Assembly (NCBI RefSeq): GCF_000017945.1
Contig: NC_009776.1
Location: 1,020,001 to 1,052,000 of the forward strand
Direction: 5' to 3'
DNA: 32,000 nucleotides
DNA from: Ignicoccus hospitalis KIN4/I
GTDB taxonomy: Archaea; Thermoproteota; Thermoprotei_A; Sulfolobales; Ignicoccaceae
The translations under genes and the position numbers were made by a program. How positions within the stretch are numbered: the first letter of the stretch is position 1; each line of letters begins with the position of its first letter. Shown piece by piece: positions 1 to 8,703 of the stretch. A model generated the notes under the pieces. It was not told where the DNA came from. It saw nothing but the letters and a program-made list of their open reading frames with translations, and ran no database searches.

Positions 1-3
1 CAA

Positions 4-357
4 ATGGTAATGAATATGGGAGATGATAACTTGATCTGTGGGGGCTCGGGGCTGAGGGTCCTCGGGCTCCAGCTCCTCTTGGCTTGTGTCTTGAGCCGCT
101 CCCGGTGTAAGCTGTGGGCGGGCCACGAGGGAGGGGGACCTTGTCTGGACTTGAGGGTCCCCGACCCCTTCGAGAGCAAGCTGGAGGCCCGGGCCTACGC
201 GGCGTTGGCCTTGAAGGGCGAGGCGAGTTTGGACGAGCTGAGCAAGGAACTCGGAGTTAACAAGAAGACCTTGTGGAGCGCCCTTGAGAGGTTGGAGAAA
301 AACGGGTTGGTGGAAAAGCCTAAGAGGGGAATCTACCGGGCGAAGCCCCTCAGTTGA
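4..357 (+). CDS. Winged helix-turn-helix protein; the true start may be the in-frame TTG at 151
   Basis: C-terminal half KLEARAYAALALKGEASLDELSKELGVNKKTLWSALERLEKNGLVEKPKRGIYRA is a typical wHTH. The N-terminal ~49 aa look non-conserved, and a TTG at 151 would give MRVPDPFESKLEAR. Confidence 0.55.
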   Translation: MVMNMGDDNLICGGSGLRVLGLQLLLACVLSRSRCKLWAGHEGGGPCLDLRVPDPFESKLEARAYAALALKGEASLDELSKELGVNKKTLWSALERLEKNGLVEKPKRGIYRAKPLS

Positions 358-2005
358 GCTCCGCCAGGTGGGCGTAGTACAAGGCCGTGTAGGCCAAGAA
401 CTCCGCCGCCACGGGGTCGGTCCTCAGCAAGCTGCCCACGTACTGGGAGTAGTTGTAAGCAATGAAGGAGGGAGTCCTACAGTAGCTCCTCCCCACGACC
501 AAGGGCATCACCTCTTTGGCAACCACCGTGCTGTTCTGTATACTGCCCAAGGCGTCTGCAGAGTTCTCGAAGGCGAAGGATGAAAGCCCTATCACCTTGA
601 AGAAGTTTCCGTCAAACATGGCCTTAGCCATCTCGTCGACGGAGTCCTCGATCTGGTTGGTTAGCGCGTTACCCGGGGGAACCACGCTCAAGGCGTACCT
701 CGCAGCGGCCAGCCCGAGGGCGTAGGCCTCCCTCGCCAAGGCGTGCAAGTCCCTAATCGGAGGGGCGTAGGGCACTTGGGCGAGCTCCTCCACCGCGGAG
801 GCCCAGAGCTCCACGCTCACTGCCCTCGCCTTGGCCCTAGCTAGCGTGGAAGCCACGGAGGATAGCGACTGGGGGGCGGTGAAGTTCGCGTGGGCCTCCA
901 AGAACTTTATCATCTCTTTGAGCCTGAACTCCCTGTTGTACACGGCTGCGCAAGCTTCAGCGCTCCAGTAGTTGGCCCCGCAGCCGGAGGGCTCCAGCTC
1001 GGCGTACCTCTTCAACCCGTCCACTTCAGTCTTTATTACATCTTTTGCCTTATCTATTGAACTTACGTTGAGAAGCCTGTTATAGTAAATCGTGTAGGCG
1101 TTTATCAAGGCGGTGAAGGCGTAGCTCGCCGCGGCGTAGTAGTTGCCCTCCTCCGCCGCCCACCTAGCGAACTTCAAGTTCTTCGTTATTTCGGTGCTAT
1201 TTATATTGTACTTTTTCATCAGCTCTACAGTCATATCGTAGAGCTTCTTGTAGTGGCTCTCGAACACGTTAAGCTTCTTCAGCTCCTCCGGAGGGTTGCA
1301 GACCTCCCCCAAGGCGGCCGTGACGTTCTGGTTGGTGAAGTACTTCGCCGCGTCTATTATGCTCTCCACGGTGATTACCTTGAGGCCCTTAACGGGCACC
1401 GCCTCGCCCACGGGCACCAAGAACGTGTCTATGCCGTAGCTCTTGACGGCCTTAGCCTTTACGTTTACTCCTCCAACCACCAACACTTCGCCGCCGAGGC
1501 CTATCATTCCGGTCATGGCCGGGTGGTTGACAGCCCTTAAGTTGAGTAAGCTCAAGAGGGTTAAGGTGGAGGCCAGCGCGCTCCCGCTGGGGCCAGCGGC
1601 CCTAAAGGTAATGTTGTAGCCCAAGTCCTCTAGGTAGTAGAGGTAGTCAAAGCTCGTTAGCGGCTTGCCGGCCACTATGGCCGCCGCTACTGCGGCCCCT
1701 CCCATAGAGCCTTGGAAGTCGTAGCCCAACAAGGCCCCTCCGACGTAGTACCTACCCTCCCCCGGCAGCGTCCGGACGCTCAAGTTCGAGAGCGCGCCGG
1801 AGGTAGAGCCCACCACCGCCGGGGCGTAGCCCCAGTAGCCCGCCGGGGGCGAGTAAGTCAAGGCGGGGTAGGCCAGCATTAAGGTTCCTAGTAGGAGCAG
1901 CGCTAAGCTAAGCCCCTCGCTCCTGCTCAAAGCCGCGTACCCAGCGGGCCCCCTCTTCGGCGTTAACAAAGATAATCTAATTCCGCGCTCTCGAGCTAGG
2001 GCCAC
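350..2005 (-). CDS. Membrane-anchored Lon-like (S16 family) serine protease with a long helical C-terminal region
   Basis: N-terminal hydrophobic segment, then GPSGSALASTLTLLSLLNLRAVNHPAMTGMIGLGGEVLVVGGVNVKAKAVKSYGIDTFLVP, which matches the Lon S16 core (GPSAG...DVAMTGEITLRGxVLPIGGLKEKxxAAxRxGI...P), including Ser in GPS and Lys four positions after GG. The real start may be TTG at 1930 (MSRSEGLSLALLLLGTLML). Confidence 0.75.
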   Translation of the reverse strand: MALARERGIRLSLLTPKRGPAGYAALSRSEGLSLALLLLGTLMLAYPALTYSPPAGYWGYAPAVVGSTSGALSNLSVRTLPGEGRYYVGGALLGYDFQGSMGGAAVAAAIVAGKPLTSFDYLYYLEDLGYNITFRAAGPSGSALASTLTLLSLLNLRAVNHPAMTGMIGLGGEVLVVGGVNVKAKAVKSYGIDTFLVPVGEAVPVKGLKVITVESIIDAAKYFTNQNVTAALGEVCNPPEELKKLNVFESHYKKLYDMTVELMKKYNINSTEITKNLKFARWAAEEGNYYAAASYAFTALINAYTIYYNRLLNVSSIDKAKDVIKTEVDGLKRYAELEPSGCGANYWSAEACAAVYNREFRLKEMIKFLEAHANFTAPQSLSSVASTLARAKARAVSVELWASAVEELAQVPYAPPIRDLHALAREAYALGLAAARYALSVVPPGNALTNQIEDSVDEMAKAMFDGNFFKVIGLSSFAFENSADALGSIQNSTVVAKEVMPLVVGRSYCRTPSFIAYNYSQYVGSLLRTDPVAAEFLAYTALYYAHLAELN

Positions 2006-2010
2006 AGTCG

Positions 2011-3078
2011 ATGATCGGCGGCGAGCTCCTAATCATAATAGCGCTCGTCTCCGTGCTCTTGGCTTTCGGCTACGCCGGGCTGCTGGACTTGGTAACAATC
2101 TACATGGAGAGGAAGATGTGGGGTAAGATAATGCAGAGGTACGGGCCGACCCACGTGGGCTACGCGGGGCTGTTGCAGCTCATAGCTGACTTCTTGAAGT
2201 ACTTGTCCAAAGAGCTGTTCGCCCCCAGGAGGCCCAACAAGCTCTTCTACTACGGCCTGCCGCTGCTGCTGATAGCCATAATATCCATACCGTTAGTGTT
2301 GATCCCGCTGGACTACGTGGCCCTCTCCGGCTTGGAGGGGCTGCTCAAGCTCGCCGGAATAAACGTTAACTTGAGCGACTACGCAGCCTCCAAGCTTTTG
2401 GACGAGCTGGCCCCCGGCGTGGGGCTCTTGGGCTACGTCGCGGTAGTGGCAGTAACCATGCCGTTGATGTACATGCTCTCCTGGAACCAAGCGAACAAGT
2501 ACGGCGCCTTGGGCGCTTTCAGGACGGTGTTGCTACTCGTAACTTACGAGGTCCCCTTCCTGATAGCCATAGCCGCCGTGGCCGCCCTAGGGGGGCTGAG
2601 CTTCTACGGGGTGGTGGACTTCCAGAAGTCCGCTTGGCTGGCGCTGCTCAACCCCATAGCGGCCCTAGTGCTGTTCATAACTCTCCTCGCGGAGAGCGAG
2701 AGGCCCCCCTTCGACCACCCGGAGGCGGAGCAAGAGATAGTGCACGGCTGGAACGTGGAGTACGGGGCGGGCGAGTTCATACTCCTTTACGGTTTATACT
2801 TGTACACTAAGGCCCTCTACGCGGACGCGCTGATCACGCTGTTCTTGCTCGGGGGGTGGCTGGGCCCGGCGTTGCCGGGGCTGCCGGTCGAGCTGACTAA
2901 CGCCATATGGTTTACGGTAAAGATGGTTGCGGTGTTCGCGCTGTTCATACTGGTAAGGGCGGCCCTCGCGAGGCCCAGGGTGGATCAGATACTCGAACTG
3001 GGCTGGACCAAGATACTGGCCTTATCGATAGTAGCCCTTTTCATATCCCTTATTGTAAAGAGCGTCTGGCTCGCGTGA
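2011..3078 (+). CDS. nuoH: NADH-quinone oxidoreductase-like complex I subunit H (membrane subunit)
   Basis: Multi-TM protein with MERKMWGKIMQRYGPTHVGYAGLLQLIADFLKYLSKE and LLAESERPPFDHPEAEQEIVHGWNVEY, diagnostic of NuoH/ND1. Confidence 0.93.
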   Translation: MIGGELLIIIALVSVLLAFGYAGLLDLVTIYMERKMWGKIMQRYGPTHVGYAGLLQLIADFLKYLSKELFAPRRPNKLFYYGLPLLLIAIISIPLVLIPLDYVALSGLEGLLKLAGINVNLSDYAASKLLDELAPGVGLLGYVAVVAVTMPLMYMLSWNQANKYGALGAFRTVLLLVTYEVPFLIAIAAVAALGGLSFYGVVDFQKSAWLALLNPIAALVLFITLLAESERPPFDHPEAEQEIVHGWNVEYGAGEFILLYGLYLYTKALYADALITLFLLGGWLGPALPGLPVELTNAIWFTVKMVAVFALFILVRAALARPRVDQILELGWTKILALSIVALFISLIVKSVWLA

Positions 3079-3079
3079 G

Positions 3080-3658
3080 GTGAAACCCTTGGAGGAGAGG
3101 AGGTTCGTAGAGGTTAGGGAAAGGTGGGGTAGGAAGACCAACGCCCTCGGAGTTTTGAAGTCCTTGAAGGCCGTTGCCGAATACTTGGTACAGTCCAGGC
3201 CGACCACGCTCTACCCCTTCGAGAAGAACGACTTGCCGGAGAACTTCAGGGGGGTGTTGGTATACGACATAGAGAAGTGCATAGGCTGCGGCGCGTGCGT
3301 CTTGGCTTGTCCAAACAACTGCTTGTACCGCCGCCCCGGGCCGAAGACGGAGAAGAACAAGCCCGGGATCTACATAGCCTTCGAGCCCACCCACTGCTTG
3401 TTCTGCGGCCTCTGCGTGGACGCTTGCCCGCCGGTGGCCAGCTCCTTGAGGCATAGCAACGTGGTCTCCATAGTAAGTACGAAGAAGAAGATAATCTGGG
3501 AGCCGTGGGAGTGGGCCGCCTTCACTAAGCTGATAGAAGAAAAGGGCTGGGAGAACGACGCCATCGACTACGACAGGGTAGAACACCTAGTTAAGGAGAG
3601 GGCGGAGCAGATCAAAAAAGCTCTCGAGGAAGAGGCAGAGAAGGGTGCTAAGAAGTGA
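3080..3658 (+). CDS. nuoI: Complex I subunit I, 2x[4Fe-4S] ferredoxin-type
   Basis: Two CxxCxxCxxxCP motifs: CIGCGACVLACP and CLFCGLCVDACP. Directly follows nuoH. Confidence 0.93.
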   Translation: MKPLEERRFVEVRERWGRKTNALGVLKSLKAVAEYLVQSRPTTLYPFEKNDLPENFRGVLVYDIEKCIGCGACVLACPNNCLYRRPGPKTEKNKPGIYIAFEPTHCLFCGLCVDACPPVASSLRHSNVVSIVSTKKKIIWEPWEWAAFTKLIEEKGWENDAIDYDRVEHLVKERAEQIKKALEEEAEKGAKK

Positions 3659-4140
3659 TGGAAGCCTTCGTGCTGCTGATGGGACTGGCCACCGCGTTCG
3701 CGGCAGCGGTGCTCTGGGACCCCGACATAGTTAGGGCCGCGAGCTCCCTAGTGATGGTCTTCCTCTTGACGGGCTTCGCGCTGCTCTCCTTAGGGGCGTG
3801 GTTCGTGGGGGCCATGCAAGTGCTCTTGGGCGCCGGCGCCGTCGCGATACTCGCCCTGTACGCGGCTATAACGTCCAAGAAGAGGAAGGAGGTTCTGAGG
3901 TCCAGGAGCGCCGGCACCATAGCTGCCCTCGCGCTGAGCGTTTTGGGAATAAGCATGGGCTTCCTCACCCTAAACACCCCCGGAACCTTCACCTTCTACA
4001 GCTCGGACGCCTCCAAGATAGCGGAAGTCTTGTTCGAGGACGTTGGACTTACCGTAGCGCTCAGCGTTTTGTTGATAGTAGCCTTGATCGCTTCGGCTTA
4101 CATAGTTAGATACGTGTTCTTACGCGAGGTGAGAGCTTGA
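3658..4140 (+). CDS. nuoJ: Complex I subunit J-like membrane protein
   Basis: Small multi-TM protein between nuoI and nuoK, with GAWFVGAMQVLLGAGAVAILALYA typical of NuoJ/ND6. ATG at 3658 overlaps the nuoI stop. Confidence 0.88.
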   Translation: MEAFVLLMGLATAFAAAVLWDPDIVRAASSLVMVFLLTGFALLSLGAWFVGAMQVLLGAGAVAILALYAAITSKKRKEVLRSRSAGTIAALALSVLGISMGFLTLNTPGTFTFYSSDASKIAEVLFEDVGLTVALSVLLIVALIASAYIVRYVFLREVRA

Positions 4141-4445
4141 GCGAGCTGGGAGCGGCCATCTGGGCGACCATTCCCCTCTTGGTGGTAGGCCTCTACGGCA
4201 TAGCCGCGAGGAGGAACTTAGTTAGGATAATGCTGGCATTGGAAATAGTGGGGGCCGCCACCGTGACCATATTGGGAGCCGCCGCGGCGGCCCGGTGGCA
4301 GGCCTCCGGGGAGGTGTTGGGCCTCTTGGCCCTAGTCGCCATAGGAATTGAAGGTGCCATGTTAATTGCCTTGGTTACCCTCTTCAACTACGTGTACCGC
4401 GACGTGGACGTCATAAAGATTAAGGAAGGAGGTGAGGAGGAGTGA
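4137..4445 (+). CDS. nuoK: Complex I subunit K-like membrane protein
   Basis: 102 aa, 3 TMs, GLYGIAARRNLVRIMLALEIVGAA...IGIEGAMLIALVTLFNYVY, a NuoK/ND4L pattern. 4-bp overlap with nuoJ. Confidence 0.88.
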   Translation: MSELGAAIWATIPLLVVGLYGIAARRNLVRIMLALEIVGAATVTILGAAAAARWQASGEVLGLLALVAIGIEGAMLIALVTLFNYVYRDVDVIKIKEGGEEE

Positions 4446-5758
4446 TGGCCTCCCTTCTGTTAGACTTGCTCGCCATACTCCAAGCGCTCTTGTTGCCGGC
4501 CCAGCTGTCCAAGTACTTGTCGGCCTTCTTGCTAACCCTCAGCATATTCTTCGCCAGCGGGAAGGTCGGCAGCATAGTGGGCGACTACTACACCCAGATG
4601 GGCATGATGGCCGTCGCAGTGCCGTCAATAATAACGCTGCTCTTCCACACCCGGCCGCAGAGGCACTTCATCTTGCTAGTTACCTTAGTCACGGTCGCCG
4701 GCTACTTGGTGGCGGCCTCGAGGAACTTGGCGACCTTAGCGGTCTCCTTGGAGGCCCTCTCGCTCTCCGCAGCTGCCATAGCCTTCTACCCGGCCTCTAA
4801 AGACAAGATAAGGGTACTGAGCACTTACTTGGTGTTCAGCGTGTTCGCCGCGGTACTGCTGTTCTCCGGGCTGGCGTTCTACTTCGCCGGCACCAACACG
4901 TTCAGCTTGGTAGAGTTCACCCAGACCTCCACTGCCATAGTCGGGCTGACGTTGATACTGGCCTCAATAATGGTGAAGGTAGCGTTAGCGCCCATGCACG
5001 CTTGGGCGGTGGACGTCTACTCCTTGAGCAGCACCAGCGCGGCCTTGTACTTGTCCAACGCAGTGAAGGCCAGCGCCTTCGTGGCGCTGGGCATACTCGC
5101 TGCCGGCCCGCTGGAGATGGCGATGTCCGTGGGCTACTGGCAAGTGTTGGTGCCGGTCATGCTCTTGGCAGTGGCTTCAATAGCAGTGGCGGCGGGGGGC
5201 ATGGCCCTCAGCTCCGAAACCAAGAGGTTGTTGGCCTTCTCCAGCATAGCCCACGCGGGCTTCGCTACCTTGGCCCTAGCGGCCCCGGGCCCGACAGCTG
5301 CAGCTATACTGGCCTACTACGCCTTGGTGTACTCCTTGTCTAACACCATAGGCTTCTCCGCGGTTCTGCTACTGAAGAAGGAGGGCGAGGCGAGCTTGAG
5401 TGAGCTTAGCTTGCTGTACAAGAGACCCTTAACTGCGCTGGCCTTCGCAATAGGGATAATATCGCTCTTGGGCATCCCCCCGACTGCAGGGTTCAACGCC
5501 AAGCTCTTCGCGCTGTTCAACTTACTCACGTCGACCAACTTGCCCAACTGGTACGCCCTAGCTATAGCCCTAGCGGCCGTGGTCTTCACGGCGGCCACGG
5601 GATACGGCTACGCCAAAGCCATAGCTGCCGTAGCCAAGAGGCCGGAGGGCGAGCCCGAGGCGAACGCCGGGCTGGAGCTGATGATGTGGTTCATGGCGTT
5701 CGTGGTACTTCTCTTGTACTTCTACCCAGCGCTGCCCGTTCCCACGGCCTTGGGTTGA
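4442..5758 (+). CDS. nuoN: Complex I subunit N-like proton-translocating membrane protein
   Basis: 438 aa, many TMs, with VKVALAPMHAWAVDVYSLSSTSAALYLSNAVKASAF and ISLLGIPPTAGFNAKLFALFNLL characteristic of the ND2/ND4/ND5 family. Follows nuoK with a 4-bp overlap. Confidence 0.9.
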   Translation: MMASLLLDLLAILQALLLPAQLSKYLSAFLLTLSIFFASGKVGSIVGDYYTQMGMMAVAVPSIITLLFHTRPQRHFILLVTLVTVAGYLVAASRNLATLAVSLEALSLSAAAIAFYPASKDKIRVLSTYLVFSVFAAVLLFSGLAFYFAGTNTFSLVEFTQTSTAIVGLTLILASIMVKVALAPMHAWAVDVYSLSSTSAALYLSNAVKASAFVALGILAAGPLEMAMSVGYWQVLVPVMLLAVASIAVAAGGMALSSETKRLLAFSSIAHAGFATLALAAPGPTAAAILAYYALVYSLSNTIGFSAVLLLKKEGEASLSELSLLYKRPLTALAFAIGIISLLGIPPTAGFNAKLFALFNLLTSTNLPNWYALAIALAAVVFTAATGYGYAKAIAAVAKRPEGEPEANAGLELMMWFMAFVVLLLYFYPALPVPTALG

Positions 5759-5764
5759 TGCTCC

Positions 5765-6391
5765 ATGTTAAACAAGTTTTTAAAGTTGTTTAGCAAGCTG
5801 CTCTCCACCCTGTACCAAGCTTCCCCCGAAGGGGGGAAGGTGGTTAAGGTCTACAGCGGCTGGAGGGCCCTCAAGTGGTTGCCGGCCAAGGTGCTCTTCC
5901 CCTTCTTCCCCTACTCCCTCTCCCCGGCCGAGAGGTCCGCCCGGGAGGCGCTGTTCTTGGTCTCCGAGCTCCCCACTCCTCAGCTCCTCTCGTTCGGGAG
6001 GGGTTTCCTGGTGAGGGAGTACTTGGAGGGAAAGGTCTTAGGACCCGACGGGAGGGCCGTGGCCGAGGCCCTCTGGAGGGCCCACTCGCGCTGTTGGGCG
6101 TTGGGCGACGCGAAGTTCGACAACTTCTTGGTTAAGGACGGGGAGCTGTACTACATAGACGGGGAGCAAGCCACCAGGACGTGCGACCCCTTGAAGCAAG
6201 GGGTGGACTTGGTAGAAGCGGCCTTCTTCCTGATGCTGTTCGGGGGGTGCGAGCAAGTGAAGCGCTTGTTAGAGAGTTACCCCGGAAGGGAACAGAAGAG
6301 GGCCTTCTTGTTACCCACGGGGGTCCTCTTGACCTTGCCGTGTATACACGTGATAGTGAAGGAATTAATAAGAGAAGGGGACAAAAACTGA
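5765..6391 (+). CDS. Small kinase-fold protein (Bud32/RIO/LPS-kinase-like)
   Basis: VVKVYSG (possible Lys strand), LVREYLEGK hinge, LGDAKFDNFLV...YYIDGEQA resembling the HGDxxxxN catalytic loop and the Asp metal-binding motif. Confidence 0.6.
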   Translation: MLNKFLKLFSKLLSTLYQASPEGGKVVKVYSGWRALKWLPAKVLFPFFPYSLSPAERSAREALFLVSELPTPQLLSFGRGFLVREYLEGKVLGPDGRAVAEALWRAHSRCWALGDAKFDNFLVKDGELYYIDGEQATRTCDPLKQGVDLVEAAFFLMLFGGCEQVKRLLESYPGREQKRAFLLPTGVLLTLPCIHVIVKELIREGDKN

Positions 6392-6396
6392 AGGGC

Positions 6397-7725
6397 TTAC
6401 TTCTTCATCTTTATCTCTACTTTGGCGGGCTTGACGTCGGTCACTATGCCTATGCCGACGGTCTTGCCCATGTCCCTCATGGCGAACCTGCCCAGCGGCT
6501 GGAACTCTTGGAACTTCTCTATCACCATCGGCTTGAGCGGCTTGAACACCACCACAGCGGCGTCGCCCGGCTTGAGGAAGCTCGGGTTCTCCTCGATCAC
6601 CTTACCGGTCCTCGGGTCGATCTTCTGCTTGATCTCGATAATCCTGCTAGCCACGCTGGCGGTGTGGGCGTGGATCACCGGGGTGTAGCCCACCGCTATG
6701 GCGCTGGGGTGCCAGATGACGAACACCCTGGCGGTGAACTGGTCCGCAACGGTGGGCGGGTTCTCCGGGTGGCCGGCCACGTCTCCCCTCTTTATGTCGT
6801 TCTTGCTCACGCCCCTTACGTTGAAGCCTATGTTGTCGCCGGGCATGGCTTGCTCGATCTTCTCGTGGTGCATCTCTATGCTCCTTACTTCTCCTCCAAC
6901 TCCGGGCGGCATGAACACTACCTTGTCGCCTACCTTGAGTACGCCGGTCTCCACCCTCCCTACCGGGACGGTGCCCACGCCGGTGATGCTGTAGACGTCT
7001 TGGATGGGTATCCTAAGCGGGAGCTTGGCCCACTTCTCCACGCTTGGCGGCTTGAGGTTGTCCAAGGCCTCCACCAAGGTGGGGCCCTTGTACCACGGCA
7101 TGTTCTCGCTCCTCTTGATGATGTTGTCGCCGGTCCAAGCGCTAACGGGCACGAACGGTATCTCGTCCACCTTGAAGCCGAGGCCCTTCATGAACTTCTT
7201 CAGGGTCTCCACTATCTGCTTGTACCTCTTCTCGCTCCAAGGCGGCTCGGTGGCGTCCATCTTGTTGACGGCCACTATTATCTGGTCGATACCCATGGTC
7301 TTGGCTAGGAGTATGTGTTCCCTAGTCTGGCCCTCCGCGCTCATGCCGGCCTCGAACTCGCCCGGCCTGGCGCTGACCACCAAGATGGCCGCGTCGGCCT
7401 GGCTGGCGCCGGTGATCATGTTCTTAATGAAGTCCCTGTGGCCGGGGGCGTCGATGATGGTGAAGTAGTACTTCGGAGTCTCGAACTTCATGAAGGTCAG
7501 GTCGATGGTAACGCCCCTCTCACGCTCCTCCTTGAGCTTGTCCAGCAGCCAAGCGTACTTGAAGCTCTCCTTGCCCCTCTTCTTCGCTTCCTCCTCCAAC
7601 ATCTTCAGCGTCTTCTCGTCGACGAAGCCCAGCTCGTACAACAGGTGGCCCACTAGGGTGCTCTTGCCGTGGTCTACGTGGCCGATCACTATCAAGTTCA
7701 TGTGGGGCTTCTCTTTCTTGCTCAT
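6397..7725 (-). CDS. tuf: Translation elongation factor aEF-1 alpha
   Basis: [26 protein letters not shown] motifs and full-length domain architecture. Confidence 0.98.
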   Translation of the reverse strand: MSKKEKPHMNLIVIGHVDHGKSTLVGHLLYELGFVDEKTLKMLEEEAKKRGKESFKYAWLLDKLKEERERGVTIDLTFMKFETPKYYFTIIDAPGHRDFIKNMITGASQADAAILVVSARPGEFEAGMSAEGQTREHILLAKTMGIDQIIVAVNKMDATEPPWSEKRYKQIVETLKKFMKGLGFKVDEIPFVPVSAWTGDNIIKRSENMPWYKGPTLVEALDNLKPPSVEKWAKLPLRIPIQDVYSITGVGTVPVGRVETGVLKVGDKVVFMPPGVGGEVRSIEMHHEKIEQAMPGDNIGFNVRGVSKNDIKRGDVAGHPENPPTVADQFTARVFVIWHPSAIAVGYTPVIHAHTASVASRIIEIKQKIDPRTGKVIEENPSFLKPGDAAVVVFKPLKPMVIEKFQEFQPLGRFAMRDMGKTVGIGIVTDVKPAKVEIKMKK

Positions 7726-7763
7726 ACTACTGATCCCTCCGTCCGAGGGCTAGTCGGTGTCGA

Positions 7764-7772
7764 CTTAAAAAG
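7764..7772 (-). promoter_or_regulatory. TATA box for the aEF-1 alpha gene
   Basis: Minus-strand CTTTTTAAG about 40 nt upstream of the ATG at 7725, as expected for a short-leader archaeal promoter. Confidence 0.6.
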
Positions 7773-7859
7773 ATTGGTACCATGGTAGCACTCGAAGGCC
7801 GATGAGGTGAGGGTGAGCTGGTTCGATCGGTGAGGACAGAGGGTGACGCTGAGGCCCCC

Positions 7860-8576
7860 TCAATCGAAGAGCTCCAGGGTAACGTTTCCGAAGCCCTCCC
7901 TCCTCCGGAAGCCCACGCCCAAGAGCGCCCCCTTCCTAAGTATCTCCAAGACCCAGCCCGGGAGCTCTTCCACCACGTGGAACAGAGCCACCCCCGTCAG
8001 CCCGGGCCTCCACTTACCCCTGTACAAGTACCAAACCTTACCGACGCTGTGGAGGATGGAGTGGTCTTCAACAAATATTTCGTCCAGCTTTAGGAGCGCC
8101 TTGGGGTTGCTAACGTAGGGGGAGAAGAGATAAGAGGGGAGGGGAAGGAAGCGGAGGTTGAACGGGGCCTTTCCCTTCTTAATTATCACCGGCCCGTTGA
8201 ACTTTATTATTAATTTTGAACCGTAACCCACGTCAGTTATTATCTCTTCTACCCCTTCTATCCTTATTTCGTAGACCTTATTACCTAAGATGACCTTGAC
8301 CTCGCTTGTAATTGTCTTAGGGAAGTTCAAAACGGTCATCTCGAAGTATCCCTTCTCGGGAAGCTTGACGGGTAAGAGGGACTTGGGGGCCTCTACCTTA
8401 CAGAACGAGCAGTCCACCATAACTTTCGGGTAAATTGTCTTCCCGTCGATGCTGTAGAGGGGAGAGACGTGTAAGATGTTGGACGCTATTTCCTCAGCTA
8501 TCAATTTCGTGAGGAGCCCGCTGTACTCGAAGAGTTCCCCTCCCGACGTTTCCAAATAAACCCTCAGTTTGAACAT
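7860..8576 (-). CDS. cas6: CRISPR-associated Cas6-like endoribonuclease (RAMP family), stand-alone
   Basis: C-terminal region GKWRPGLTGVALFHVVEELPGWVLEILRKGALLGVGFRRREGFGNVTLEL resembles the Cas6 C-terminal ferredoxin fold with its Gly-rich loop. Length ~238 aa fits. ATG start at 8576, with an alternative TTG at 8594. Confidence 0.62.
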   Translation of the reverse strand: MFKLRVYLETSGGELFEYSGLLTKLIAEEIASNILHVSPLYSIDGKTIYPKVMVDCSFCKVEAPKSLLPVKLPEKGYFEMTVLNFPKTITSEVKVILGNKVYEIRIEGVEEIITDVGYGSKLIIKFNGPVIIKKGKAPFNLRFLPLPSYLFSPYVSNPKALLKLDEIFVEDHSILHSVGKVWYLYRGKWRPGLTGVALFHVVEELPGWVLEILRKGALLGVGFRRREGFGNVTLELFD

Positions 8577-8703
8577 GACGCTCCTTCCGACCAATAAGAA
8601 CTATCCAAAAGCATTTTAGAATTGAAGGTACTCGCCAGAAGACCAAAAGAAATATTAACACCCTTTTTAAACCCAGGCTCGAAAAAAGGATAATTTCTGA
8701 ACT

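Noticed and set aside
6181-7308. 375-aa plus-strand ORF opposite aEF-1 alpha
   Set aside because: Antisense to a certain, highly conserved gene; His/Leu/Gly/Arg-rich composition is typical of shadow ORFs in GC-rich coding DNA.
7726-8703. Possible CRISPR array around the Cas6-like gene
   Set aside because: I read the flanking DNA and found no regularly spaced direct repeats. Only the gene itself supports a CRISPR connection.
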